Source: Chiloscyllium plagiosum (Eukaryota). Taken from it: a DNA stretch of 64,000 nt. The notes below the pieces were generated by a model, which made no database searches, had not been told where the DNA came from, and saw nothing but the letters and a program-made list of their open reading frames with translations. The translations under genes and the position numbers were made by a program. Where the stretch lies: the NCBI RefSeq assembly GCF_004010195.1, contig NC_057734.1, forward strand, positions 28,955,990 through 29,019,989, in the 5' to 3' direction. Positions 39,931 through 52,039 of the stretch are shown in pieces. Position 1 is the stretch's first letter. The number at the start of each line of letters is the position of its first letter.

Positions 39931-41439
39931 AAATGTTTCTACTGTTCTTGGGTGAAAATGTGGCCCTTTCAAAGTTGAAGACTGTTCTATACACACACAC
40001 ACACACACACACTTTCTTTAGTGAGGAAGTGGTTTGTTCAATAACCTCAAAAATTATAACAGTTGTTTCTGACCTTCAGACATTAGACTTCTACTGGAGC
40101 ACATCCTAACAAATACAGTCATCCCCCTAGGAAATGCAAAGTTCTGCTAATTATTTAAATATTTAATCAAGATTGCATATCTTGCCTCAATGTGCCTTTG
40201 GCATCTGTCAGACTATCATGTTGGCATTGCTGTCAAATGAGTCTCTATTTATTTGGATCACACCTTTCTGCTTATACCCGTCTCCATTGGTTAATTAATA
40301 AGTAAAAAGAAAGAAGTATTTGCAGTTTCTTTCAATCTGGAAGCAAGCCCATTGAGTACAATCTGAATGGCTGATTCGAGCACATTCTAATCTGCCTTCA
40401 CAGTGGCTCAATAATGAGGAGATTTATTATTACAATAATTACAAACATCCAATGGATAGATGTTTACTGTCTACATATTTCTGGAAATTATGCAAATAGT
40501 AATGCAATTGCAGTGGAGGCAGTAGTCAAATGACTTTCATTGACAATATTACCGCTCCACCTTGGTATATGGAGCAATATCACCCTGGTGAGCCTGTGTC
40601 TATAGCTGGCAGTCTGCCTTCAAAACCCAATACAAACAGATGGCGAGGACATTTGTTTACAAGCACTGAAACTTCATTTCAATCTAAAATCAAAATACGA
40701 GGCATTTGAAATTTTTTTTTCCCTTCAGGCAATCCTAACTGCTGCCAAACATGGTTGAACCTTAGTTGTGAAAAAGAAAGGAAATCTGCACCGATAAGTA
40801 ATTCAATTTAGTGGGTATAGGTGTTCTTGAGTTGACTTAGTGCTCAGATTAGGGATAGAAACATTAGCTCCCAAGTGCTATCCAGTGCAGCCTGATAAAA
40901 GTGTAAGGTGGTTTACATAAAGGAAACAATTCAGGGTCTTATAAGATGAATGAAAATTCCAAGTTCCATGATTATACTTTGCCTATCCATCAGGTATTTT
41001 GAGGTTGTTGACAGAAAGAGAATTAACACTTAATTTTTAGAAAGAATTTCATGAGGTTACTAACAAAAGATCTGTTTGACTGAATCAACGTTGAAAGGGT
41101 TCTAAAAAGAAGTTGGAAATCAGAAACATTATTACGTTTGTTCTGAAGGAAATGTGGCTCATTATCAATGGAGATAGTTGCTGACAAAGACTACACTGAG
41201 GGAAGATCCTCAGAATGACCTGTAGTCAAATGTAATCTTTTAAAAATAAAATCTGTGAACAGCATTGCTGAAAAAGGCACATTTTGTCCATATTTCAGGA
41301 TGGTCCTGTGTGTGTAATGAATTATGCAGACAATTGATTTCATATTTCCAGTCAGGCTTACAATGTGGTGTACCTTCATATGTCCTGGAAGTAACATCTA
41401 ATTGTAAAATTGCCCCATTCTTTAAATACGGAAAAGATA

Positions 41440-41775
41440 TGTGCAAATTTCCATTTCTGTTTGTCTGTTGCAAATCAACAAAATAGGTGACAGCTATCGC
41501 TGAGTTCATTTATCAAGGCAATGTTTTGATTAATCAGAGACAATGTGCCTGGTTTAAAATTTAAACAAAGCCTGGCAGTTAACAGTCAATCATCACTAAT
41601 TGGCACATTCTCACATAGCCATGCCTCTATTAAATCAAAGTCCACTTGCTAACCAATCTGCATTCTCCTCTCATCGTATAAATTGATTTTCCCCTTAAAC
41701 TGGTATTCTTACAAATTGTCCACATGTGTACAAGTTGAACATTTTTGACAAAATGTGTCTTTTATTTTCAACATC
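41440..41775 (+). mobile_element. Old repeat, probable PLE family D 3' region
   Basis: Shares cagttaacagtcaatca, ctcctctca...gtataaa and ttccccttaaa motifs with 29480-29660 (opposite strand). Confidence 0.45.
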
Positions 41776-41799
41776 TTTCTTTTTACAGCAATACTGAAG

Positions 41800-42090
41800 T
41801 TCTGTGCTACCAGAAAGGTGTTTCAGCTTGTTGGTCAGTCTCCACTGGAGAAGTGGTCACTCTTTCTGGACAGAGATGAGGAGTTATTGTTTTCCCTCAG
41901 AGGATTGTGTGATTTTGGAACTCTCTGTCTCAGAAGGTGATGGAGCCAAGGTCATTGAAAATCTTAAAGACAGATGTGGATAGATTATTGTTAGATGGGG
42001 CAATCAAGGGTTATTGGTGTAGATGGGAAGACAGAATTCAAAACACAAACAGACCAGCAAATGATCTTATTGAATGGATGAGCAGGCTTG
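41800..42090 (+). mobile_element. Old CR1 3' end
   Basis: ccctcagaggattgtgtgattttggaactctct...cagatgtggatagatt...atgatcttattgaatgg. Confidence 0.65.
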
Positions 42091-42139
42091 AATTTGGTCA
42101 GAAAAGTCATGAGAAATCAAAATGTTCCATAGGAAGTGG

Positions 42140-42550
42140 AAAAAAATTGCATTTATATAGAGCTTTTGTCCACCAGTAGATGCCCCAAAGTACTTCACAG
42201 CCAATGAAGTACTTTTGAAATGTAATCACAGGAACCCCCCCAAAACAGCAATGTGAAAATAACAGGTTAATCTGTATGTTGTGATGTTGACTGAGTGAAA
42301 AATATTGGCAAGGTCATCTGGGTAATACCCCGCTCTACTCCAAATATGTTATGGGATCGTTTCCAACCAGCCAAGGAGACAGATGGAGCCTCGGTTTAAT
42401 ATTTTGTCTGAAAGGTGGCACCTTTGACAATGAAGTAGTTCCACAGCACTGCACTAGTTTCAGGCCTGATCTTGGTCCTGGAGTGGAGCATAAACCCAGA
42501 ACCTCATGACTCAGACATGTGAGTATTACCAACAGAATGACAGCTGACTT
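42140..42550 (-). mobile_element. Deu-domain SINE (SacSINE1/AmnSINE1-related), near full length
   Basis: gcctcggtttaatattttgtctgaaaggtggcacctttgacaatg (reverse complement of the Deu core), tRNA-like head near 42545, 3' end ttgcatttatatag. Confidence 0.75.
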
Positions 42551-42800
42551 TCCAAATAAGAATATTTTTAAAATGAGCATCTTTTGGAAGTCATCTGGTA
42601 AATAGTATGTAGTGAACACACAGTGAAGAACATCCATTAAATCAAGCTCAAAAGGAAAAACTCTAAAGATACTAGTTGGTTAACCTTTCAAAAGATAAGG
42701 CAATAGTTAGGATAACAAAAACAGAATAGACTAAAATTCAAGTTCTTAACATTAGAGACTGAGCTTGGCTCAACCTTGCCTTAGAATCATACAGGGACTA

Positions 42801-42917
42801 GGGGAAAGTGAGGACTGCAGATGCTGGAGAGTCAGAGTCAAAAAAGCACAGCAGGTCAGGCAGCATCCGAGGAGCAGGAGAGTCAATGATTTGGGCATAA
42901 GCCCTTCATCAGGAATG
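42801..42917 (-). mobile_element. PLE family A single arm with tail
   Basis: Minus strand cattcctgatgaagggcttatgccc...ctccagcatctgcagtcctcactttcccc. Confidence 0.8.
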
Positions 42918-44179
42918 TTACCGAATCATATAGTCATGCTAACATGCAAGGACATTGTACAAGAATGTCACAGGCTTAGCTGTTACACCTCTGACAAGTG
43001 AACATCCTACCATCACATTACAGCCTAAATCCATATGAAAAAGGCAATTTGGATGAGGTACTGGTTGGCCATGAGTCAATGTCGAACTGCACTTCAGACA
43101 GAAGTTGATCCTTGGTGACTAGAAGGAAGGAAATTAGCAGGGACACAGATGACATTCAGACAGTGAAAGAGGTAAGTTTGAAGCAGAGGATTTTGTGTAA
43201 GATCGTGAGTGAAGCATTCTAGAGATTACTGTCACAGTTCAAAGGCGTAGAGTGAGAAAGAGTTTTGACCTCTGTTAAATGTCCCAAACAAGTTCCTTCT
43301 GTTAATTTTGTGAGATGCAAGGTCCTACAAGGAGCAGTGAGATCAATGGCTCGGTGATCTGGTTTTGAGAATGCTGGCGGAGGGAGTAAGCTGGCCAAGC
43401 CACCATAAAAACTCCCTGCTCTTCTACAAAATTGTGTAGAATTGGGTAAAAGTTTTTCCATGGGAGCTTTAATTGTACCTTGGGAGCTTTAACTATACAA
43501 TGGGAGATTTAACCTGAAGAACAGCATCAGGCAGGTAGACATGACTTCTATGAAAATGATCCAAAACATAATGGTGTAGAATTAAAACCAGTGATATATA
43601 TTGACTGTACATAACAGAAACTGCCTGATCGTTCTTCTCTCTTATCAACGGAAAAAGTGCTTTCTGAAACTGGTTAGCAATCTGCGACAGCAGTTTTATA
43701 GCCAAGCATAGAAATCAAAATTTACCCCATGTGTCTCCAACAATTCTATTTTTTCCTTAATCCTTCACTGAAGTGTCAGCTTAGTTTTAAGTTGAAGATT
43801 TTGATTGGTATTGGCTTCCTTAATTCTGTAGGCAAAAAATCTAAAAACTAATTTAATTCATGGGAATCACATCCCAAATTAATTTGCTACTCTGTTGCAA
43901 CACTTGCTGGCAGATTACTTGAGGGATTCAAGCCACTCAATTCATATATGTGTGTGCTGTATGATAAATAAGATTATTTATCAACCTGACGTTCAAATTT
44001 CTGGCCTCAACATTGTGGGAGGGGAGGAAGGGTGTGCAGAATGTTGTAGATGATAACTTTTTTAAAAACTGAAAATGCAATAGGAAGGATACTACTCATA
44101 ACTGCTGACTTTTCTTTCATCAGTTCAGCTCTCCCCACACCCACTGATGGGGTGTGGAACTGAGTTACAAAATTACAGA

Positions 44180-44920
44180 TGTGGTAAAGTATAAAAATGA
44201 GACGATTTGGCTCTTTACAGCTCTCTGCAGAAGCAACTTACCTTGTGCCACAGTCCCACCTTCTCTCCACGGCCCCGCACATTCTGCTTTTGCAGATAAC
44301 AATCAAAGTTTCTCCATCACTTTCTGCCAGTGCATTCCTGAACCCCTAAACACTCGCGGCAATAAAAAAGATTTTTCCCCTCACGTTTTTCCTCTTGCTT
44401 CTTCTGCTTACTACCTCAAATCTGTGCCCTCTTGTTCTCAACCTTTCCACCAGTGGGAACAGATTTCCCTGGCTGACTCTCCCCAGACTCCTCATGATTT
44501 TGAACACCTCCATCAAATTTCCTGTCAACCTTCACTTCTCCTAGTGAAATAGTTCCAGCTCCTCCAACCTATTCCTGGAACTGAAGTTCCCCATCTCTAG
44601 GACCATTCTTGTGAATCTTCTCTGCATCCTCTTCCATGTCAGCACATCTTTCCTAAAGTGTTGCTCTGAAAGCTGGATGTCATTCTCCAGTTGAGGCTGA
44701 AGCAATGTTCAAGATGAGTTTAAAATAATCTCGTTGCTTTTGTACTTTGCACCCTTGTTAATAAAGCCAAGGATGCTGTATGCTTTTTTAATCCTGCTCT
44801 TCTGTCCCGCCACTTTCAACAATTTATGCACATAAACACAAGCCCCTCTGCTCTTGCTCCCACTTTGGAATGGTGCTGTCTGTTTTATATTACCACTCTG
44901 TGTTCTTCTATACCAGAATA
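44180..44920 (-). mobile_element. Old CR1 3' region
   Basis: GNLMEVFKIMRSLGRVSQGNLFPLVERLRTRGHRF (ORF 44346-44528). Confidence 0.8.
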
Positions 44921-45986
44921 AGCCACCAGGGTGATCCCCAAAGGCAGCTCATGAAGTGTCATTTTACTAATTGTTGATTCTGGCCACTGACCCAGCTCAG
45001 ATGATTGAACCTAAGTACCATGCATGTTAGCTTGCTAAACCAAATGGCACGGACCAAGGAGTAATCGTCAAACACTCGACAAATTCCAAACCTCTAAAAC
45101 ATTATAACATCAAATGGACACAGTAAAATACATAGATCTCGGGTTACAAACCCTGAAGATTGGACTAGACTTCCAGAGAGCTGCTTCTCACCAATAGTAG
45201 ATCTCATGTTCACCTTTGACTTCTTTCGCACCAAAAGGATAAAGAGTAAAAAAGTGGCGTGAATAAAAAAGATTGCAAGGATTGGTTGGGATGTGAAAAT
45301 CTGCCCCAGAAGGAAAAGTCAGTAAAGAAAACAGTAATATTTGGGGAATGAATATGAAAGTCAACCTGAAGCTCCATTTTGAAATCGAAAAGGTAAACTG
45401 AACAGTACGCCTCATTCACCAATTTTACCGTTTTCTCCTTCCAGGATGGTGAGGCTGTTCATGTTTGTTTTTGAGCATTAAAGAAGACCTCAGATTGGAA
45501 GAGGTGGAACTCACGGCACCAGTAACCCTCTCCACACACAGTGAGTCTCTAACTTTTGTCTGACCTCAGTAGCTCTTTCCTCTTTTAATCCAGTTGCCAT
45601 ACCATACCCTTTACACAGATTGCCCAGGCCCTGCAGAGCTCCCCATTTCCCTCAGCAGGTTTTTATATCTTGCTGCTCTCCCCATTTCGCTGCCTTCCCT
45701 TTCCTGGACTCCTTTGCAAATCTCATGCTCACTCCTGGGTCTGTCTCAGCCTTACTCCAAGCTGTTCCCATGAGGCCTTTCTTCAAAAGCTCATTTCATA
45801 CAGGTTCACTGGGTAGGGAGGGATAGCTGGGAGGCCCTCAAACGAAAGGTTAAAATTCCATCCTGTCGGCCAGTGGCTTTGGGGACCTGCTGCCTAAACC
45901 AGGTTTTAAATCACAAAAAAGTTGGGAATAGAGCAGGAAAAGTGGAGATTGTTAAAATAGTACACTGGATTTCAAAACACTGCTGT

Positions 45987-46133
45987 TTGCATTGCAAAAT
46001 AATCTGAAAGCAAACAGCTTCAAATCCTTTTGTGTCTAACTGACCGGAATTCTTTTCCAGGCAGGTTAAGACCCTGTTCCCAGAAGTGCATGCACTGATC
46101 CAAAACATAACTTTCATCTGATGACACTCTGGT
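45987..46133. repeat. Donor of an inverted duplicate found at 47030-47177
   Basis: Reverse complement aligns to 47030-47177 with about 20 differences in 148 positions by eye. Confidence 0.9.
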
Positions 46134-46906
46134 CATCAGCTGTAACGATGACTCTTCCTTGATGCTCCGTGACAGATTGTTGAAGATTGTCCATTCGACT
46201 GTCAGTCACACATCACAGCAGAACACTCCGCATATATTAAATGATTGGTTTGAAATCTGCTCCCTGGTGTCTTTGCTAGAATGCCAAAGCCAAAACTGCA
46301 AAGACAGGCGCTTTTTAAAAAAAATCTGATCCTGCGGGGTTTGATGTCATTAGATCATATCTTAGAGTACTGTGTTTGTTGTGGGTTTCATTCAATAGAC
46401 CATTTGGGAATGGATGCCATGTCTGTGTTTGTTTACTCTTGCCAGTATCACACTGAATGACATTGTAAGTGACAGGGACCCTTGCCACCACTGGGATCCA
46501 CAGACTGTGTTTAGGCCTTAGATTTCAATGCCGTTTAGCTGGCAACCTTCCAGTCACAGGCAATGAATCAAAGATTCTTTCACAGATGCCTTTTTTAAAA
46601 AAATTAAATGATATTCTGTTCTAACCTGATAAATTCCAACTGTGCAATTAATGGTTTCAAAAGGTTTTGTGCATTGTAAGGGGCAGAACAGAAACCTTCT
46701 GAGCCATCACTGCATACCACCCTGCAAAATTATATTTCAAGTTTCCTCAGGCAATTCTTTTTTGGGATATGTATGTTTCTATTTTGGGCTGACAATCCTC
46801 AATGTAATTTAATATCAGCATTTATTCAGAAGTAGCAATAAGATGACCTTGGCTTGGTTACATTGTTGTCTGACAATCTCTGCTGAACATGAATATTCCT
46901 GATTTG

Positions 46907-47177
46907 GTGGTGCTGGTGTTGGACTGGGGTGTACAAAATTAAAAATCATGCAATACCAGGTTATAGTTCAACAGGTTTATTTGGAAGCACTAGCTTACGG
47001 AGCACTGCTCCTTCATCAGGTGGTTGTGTACCAGAGTGTCATCAGATGAAGGATATGTTTTGGATCAGTTTGTGCACCTTGTGGGAACAGGGTCTTAATC
47101 TGCCAGGAAAAGAATTCCAGTCAATTAGGTACAAGAAGATTTAAAGACGTTTGCTTTCAAATTATTTTGCAATGCAA
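46907..47177 (-). mobile_element. Composite insertion: PLE family B 3' end (46907-47029) plus captured local DNA (47030-47177)
   Basis: Flanked by perfect 15-bp TSD aatattcctgatttg (46892-46906, 47176-47190). Confidence 0.85.
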
Positions 47178-48155
47178 TATTCCTGATTTGCTCTGATAAG
47201 TTGATGTCCCGAACAAACTAACTCCACCCCAAATTTGTGACTTTATTTTGGGGCAGCTCTTTAAGAAGTTATAGTATTCATATGTAAGGAAACTCAGGGA
47301 CCTGACACTTACAAAATAGTAATTTTATTGTCCCGCCTTCAGGGCCAATGGGTTAGGCAGGACAGTTGAATGAAACGTTAGAGTCTCTGCATGCTTTACG
47401 TGAATTTCATTCTACCCAATTCATTCAGCAGATCCTGAGATATTGAGACAGACACTTCCACTCGTGCGAGTCTCTGCCCAACTACTGGAGCCGTTAGATG
47501 TACAAGGGAAGATATTAATCCAACTGGCACTGGAAGAAAAGATGATTTAAACAGTGTTGTCAATGACTTCTGCCACACATGTTCTCCACATTTTAAAAAT
47601 TGACTGGAACTAATTTTCTAGAAAGCTCAAGTTTTTTTTTCTCTTGACGCATTGCTAAATTCAGGCAGAGTGACAGGAATTTGGCATCGCTGGCTGTCTA
47701 TAGTTTCCCGCTGTGGGTGACAAGTACACATCCCGCCCCTAGACCCATAAGCCAGTAGAATGATTAAACAGCAAAATAAATCATTTCAACCTATCCAAGC
47801 TATTCTTCTAATCTAAACCTTTTATTTTTCCAAACAGAATCAAATCAGGGGCCAGTGCTGAAAATAAATCTTTTGGCCTGAGGTCTAACTACCTGAAGCC
47901 ACTTAAAACCAGTCCCTCTGATCCCACTGTCTTCATGCCCTGTCCCAATCTTAACCTGCTCTTTTGAGCAGCGAAGTGAGAGACTTTCCAAGGAGCCAGC
48001 AGGTTGCTATGTTAAGAGTGCAGACCAGGCTCGATGGTCATGAGGACTCATCATTAAATTTTGGTTGGAGTCCTGAGCAGGAGACTATTTGGATCAATCC
48101 TATCGAAAGACAGATCAAGGGGGCAGCAGTAGCCCAGAAGGTAAATTCCTCTTGG

Positions 48156-48464
48156 GTCAGGAAGGCTGCTCTTGATGTGACACAGAAGCTAGCCTTGCAA
48201 AGGGTTCCTGACTGTATGATGTGGCAAAATACCTGGCCTTCTCCAAATTTCTTCCCCCAGCCATGGCCTGAGCCTCATCCCACAAGCTCAGTGCCAACAC
48301 AATTTTAACCCTTTCACCACAGTCAGGAAGGCTGCTCTTGATGTGACACAGAAGCTAGTCTTGCAAAGGGTTCCTGACTGTATGATGTGGCAAAATACCT
48401 GGCCTTCTCCAAATTTCTTCCCCCAGCCATGGCCTGAGCCTCATCCCACAAGCTCAGTGCCAAC
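48156..48464. repeat. 143-bp direct duplication with a 23-bp spacer
   Basis: 48156-48298 and 48322-48464 differ at one base; spacer acaattttaaccctttcaccaca. Confidence 0.95.
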
Positions 48465-48713
48465 CAACCCCCACCTCCTCCACTCACCATACTGACTCTG
48501 GTCAGATCTACCCCTTCCATACTCACCACCTCCCTGCCATCCTCCATTCCTCTCCACTGTTAGGACTGCCTCCAGAGTCAATGGCTGTGACCTTCCGCCA
48601 ACAGATTCCAGATCCCCATCCCACCCCAAGAAGGAAAGGTTTGTTTTTTAAAAAAAACACAGTAATACTTGGAAATGAATGTCTTGGTCTCACTGCATCT
48701 TCATTTTGAAAGT

Positions 48714-50184
48714 CATGATTTGGAGGTGCCGGTACTGGACTGAAGTGGACAAAGTTAAAAATCACACAACACTAGGTTATATTCCAACAGGTTTATTTGG
48801 AAGCACGAGCTCTCGGAGCACTGCTCCTTCATCAGGTGGTTGTGGTGCAGAATCATAAGACACACAATTTATAGCAACAGGATTGCAGTGTCAGGGAATG
48901 TAATATTAAACAAATTTAGCTTAAGACTTTCATCTTTTAGAATGATGATGTTAGTTTTGGTTCCTTCATATATAAATCCCATAACTTGTTAAAAGTTACA
49001 TTCTCAAGGTAGCTTTTAACAATAGGTGCCATCTCAGCTCCAATCATGTTAGGTCAGACTGATTCTGTTTCTAAAGTGAGAGTTACAGAATCTTGCATTG
49101 ATTTACGCAGTTTTTGAGCAAAGTAAAATGTAATTCTGCAAGTAAAAATTCACCCCACAAACTTAAATGTGTGTGTGTGTGTGCAGGGTAGACTGAGTGT
49201 GTGTGGGTGTGGGTGTTGGGGGGGTGGGGGTGGGCATGTCTGTGAGTGAATGTGTGTCTGTGTGTGTATGTCAGTGTGTCTGAGTTTAATGGGGTATACG
49301 TTAGTGAGAGGGTACGTGTGAGAGTGTGGAGGGATGGGAGTGCGTGCATATGAGAGAGAACTTGTTATGAGAGAAGGTGTGTGTGGATCTGGAGGAGTGT
49401 GTATATGTGCGCGTTACTGTAGCCTTTGCTCGGCCTTGCCACTGTACCATGTCTCAGGGCATCCTTGCCTGCAGCATGGATACGGGCAATGGATAAATGG
49501 ACACTGCACAACAATCGCCAGACAGGAGTGTTTGCTCCCAGTCGGGGAACACTTCAACAGTCCAGGACATTTGACCTCCCACCTCCACACACACACCCAC
49601 ATGCTCACAGTCACTCAGTCTACCCTGTACACACACACACACTTAAGTTTGTGGGTGGATTTGTACTTGGCAGAATTACATTTTATTTTGCTCAAAAACT
49701 GCATAAATCCATGCAAGATTCTGTAACTGCCATTTAGAAACAGAATCAGTCTGACCTAACACTGGGACACAGACAGACTTTAACTTCACACTTTCAATGC
49801 ATTATCTGAGCTGAGATGGCACCTATTGTTAAAAGCTATCTTGAGAATGTAACTTTTAAAAAGTTCTAGGATTTATATATGAAGGAACCAAAACTAACAT
49901 GGTCATTCTAAAAGGTGAAAGACTTAAGCTAAATTTGTTTAATATTACAATCCTGTTGCTATAAATTCTGTGTCTTACGATTCTGCTCCACAACCACCTG
50001 ATGAAGAAGCAGCGCTTCAAAAGCTAGTGCTTCCAAATAAATGGATTATAACCTGATGTGGAAATGCCGGTATCAGACTGGGGTGGACAAAGTTAAAAAT
50101 CACAAAACACCAGGTTATAGTCCAACAGGCTATTGTCCAAATAAACCTGATGGACTATAACCTGGTATTGTGTGATATTCAACG
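48714..50184 (-). mobile_element. PLE family B large hairpin with GIY-YIG remnants and a nested second terminus
   Basis: Arms ~48750-49200 / ~49610-50055, central CRQGCPETWYSG (minus) and WINGH...PVGEHF (plus), TSD tcattttgaaagt (48701-48713, 50185-50197). Confidence 0.85.
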
Positions 50185-50449
50185 TCATTTTGAAAGTTCT
50201 AAGGTGACTCTGTAAGTGTGACCCATTCCCCATTTTACTGGTTTTACCTTCTGGGCCAGCAGCCATTTATCTATCTGGTTGTGACTCTGGAAAGCTTGAG
50301 TTAAATAAGGTTGTGCATCCTTTCTGAGCTTTCTAGGTGTGTAACCCACATCCAGCTCCCATACACCATGCCTGCAACTCCACCCCATCGCTCCACCCAT
50401 CCCTTTAAAAAAACAGCAATCTACTCTGTAACTTTCGTAGCTTACTCCA

Positions 50450-50870
50450 CTGCTCCCAAAAATAGTGCTTCCAAATAAACCCATTGGACTCTAACCAAGG
50501 ATGGCACGGTGGCTCACTGGTTAGCACTGCTGCCTCACAGCGCCAGGAACCTGGGATTAATTTCAACCTCGGGTGACTGTCTCTGTGGACTTTGCACTTT
50601 CTCACTGTTTCTGTGTGGGTTTCCTCCCACAATCCAAAGCTGTGCAGGTTAGGTGAATTGGCTCATAGTGTTCAGAGATGTATAGGTTAGCTGCAGTAGT
50701 CCAGGGTAAACATAGGGGAATGGGTCTGGGTGGGTTACTCTTTGGAGGGTAGGTGTGGACTTGTTGGGCTGAAGGGCCTGTTTCCACACTGTAAGGATAC
50801 TCTAACCTGGTGTTGTGTGATATTTTTAACATTGTCCACCCCAGTCCAACATCGGCTCCTCCACATCATG
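50450..50870 (+). mobile_element. PLE family B arm plus tail, split by an HE1 SINE
   Basis: tagtgcttccaaataaacc...ctaacc | ctaacctggtgttgtgtgat...ccagtccaacatcggctcctccacatcat. Confidence 0.8.
50497..50798 (+). mobile_element. HE1 SINE
   Basis: ggcacggtggctcactggttagcactgctgcc head; TSD actctaacc (50488-50496, 50799-50807). Confidence 0.9.
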
Positions 50871-52039
50871 CTCCAAATGTAATTAAGGAAACCTCATGTC
50901 TGAAAAGTGCCACGATATGCATATTTCTGTATTTACATTTACATTTTTATCTCATTTGCCTATTTAACAAATCACCCTCCTCAAAAGCATTCCAGAAAAA
51001 GTAAATGATGTACAAAGGCAAGTAATTGTCCTTTACTTTGTTCTCCATAATTCAAGCCCTCATATTTATCTCCTGAAAATTAAAATAAAGTAATCCCTCA
51101 TAAATCTCTTCCCATTTAGTCAGAAATCAACTATGTGTCAAAACTCTGATCTCCCTGCTTGCAGCAATCTGATGGATGCCAAGAAATTGCATTCATTCTG
51201 ATGACATATGGATGTGCCAGTACATTTTAAAGAAATCAATTTAATTCTCTCACTGCAATTTGGACAATCTGAGCAATCTGTGCTCTTTTTAAATCTTGGT
51301 TGGTATTGTGTGAGGAAATAAATCTCCTTTTTCATTTTAAAATTGGAAGAAATGCTCCCAATCACACTGAATGGCTACTTACAGGGAGCTCGAAGTTACA
51401 CTGCAATCCTGATTTATGGCAAATGGAGAGAAAATGGTCTGAACATTAGCTATGCATTGATAAAGTTCTGGAATACAAAATAAATGGACAAAATCAAAGG
51501 TTGCATCACATTGAATATTGCAAATGACACTGTAACAAAGAGGATAATTTGGCTATACATTGAGGGATCTTACAGTATTTAAACTGGTCGCTGTTTTTCC
51601 TACCTAATAACAACTAAATAACAAGTAGTTCACAGGAAAGTCCTTAAACCTGTTGTTTTGGTAAGAAGTTACATTGATACAAATTCATTATTCCTATTTA
51701 CTGCATTAAAAAAAATTGGTTTTTAAAAGCAAATGAATATTTGCAAAGGCATTGATTGGAGAAATCCATGTTCACCTGCCAAACAATGTTCGTCACAGGA
51801 GTGGACTAGAACATTTTTGCGTAATTATGGCTCTTGACAATATGAACATTTCGGAATGATTTCCTCTCTGGGTCCATTGGTATATATTCTAGAATGCTGA
51901 TGGAGACTAGTGAAGGCATTTTTAGGATCACAGAAGAATTACCAAGTGCCACCAAGACTCCTCAAGACAAGAAATAGATATCATAGCATCTACTAGTGAA
52001 AATACCCATTACAATTCCATAGCCACTACTCTAGCAATA

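Noticed and set aside
46118-46139. ctgatgac...gtcatcag as another hammerhead or C/D snoRNA
   Set aside because: CTGATGA is present but there is no stem II-GAAA-UH arrangement; only an 8-bp hairpin
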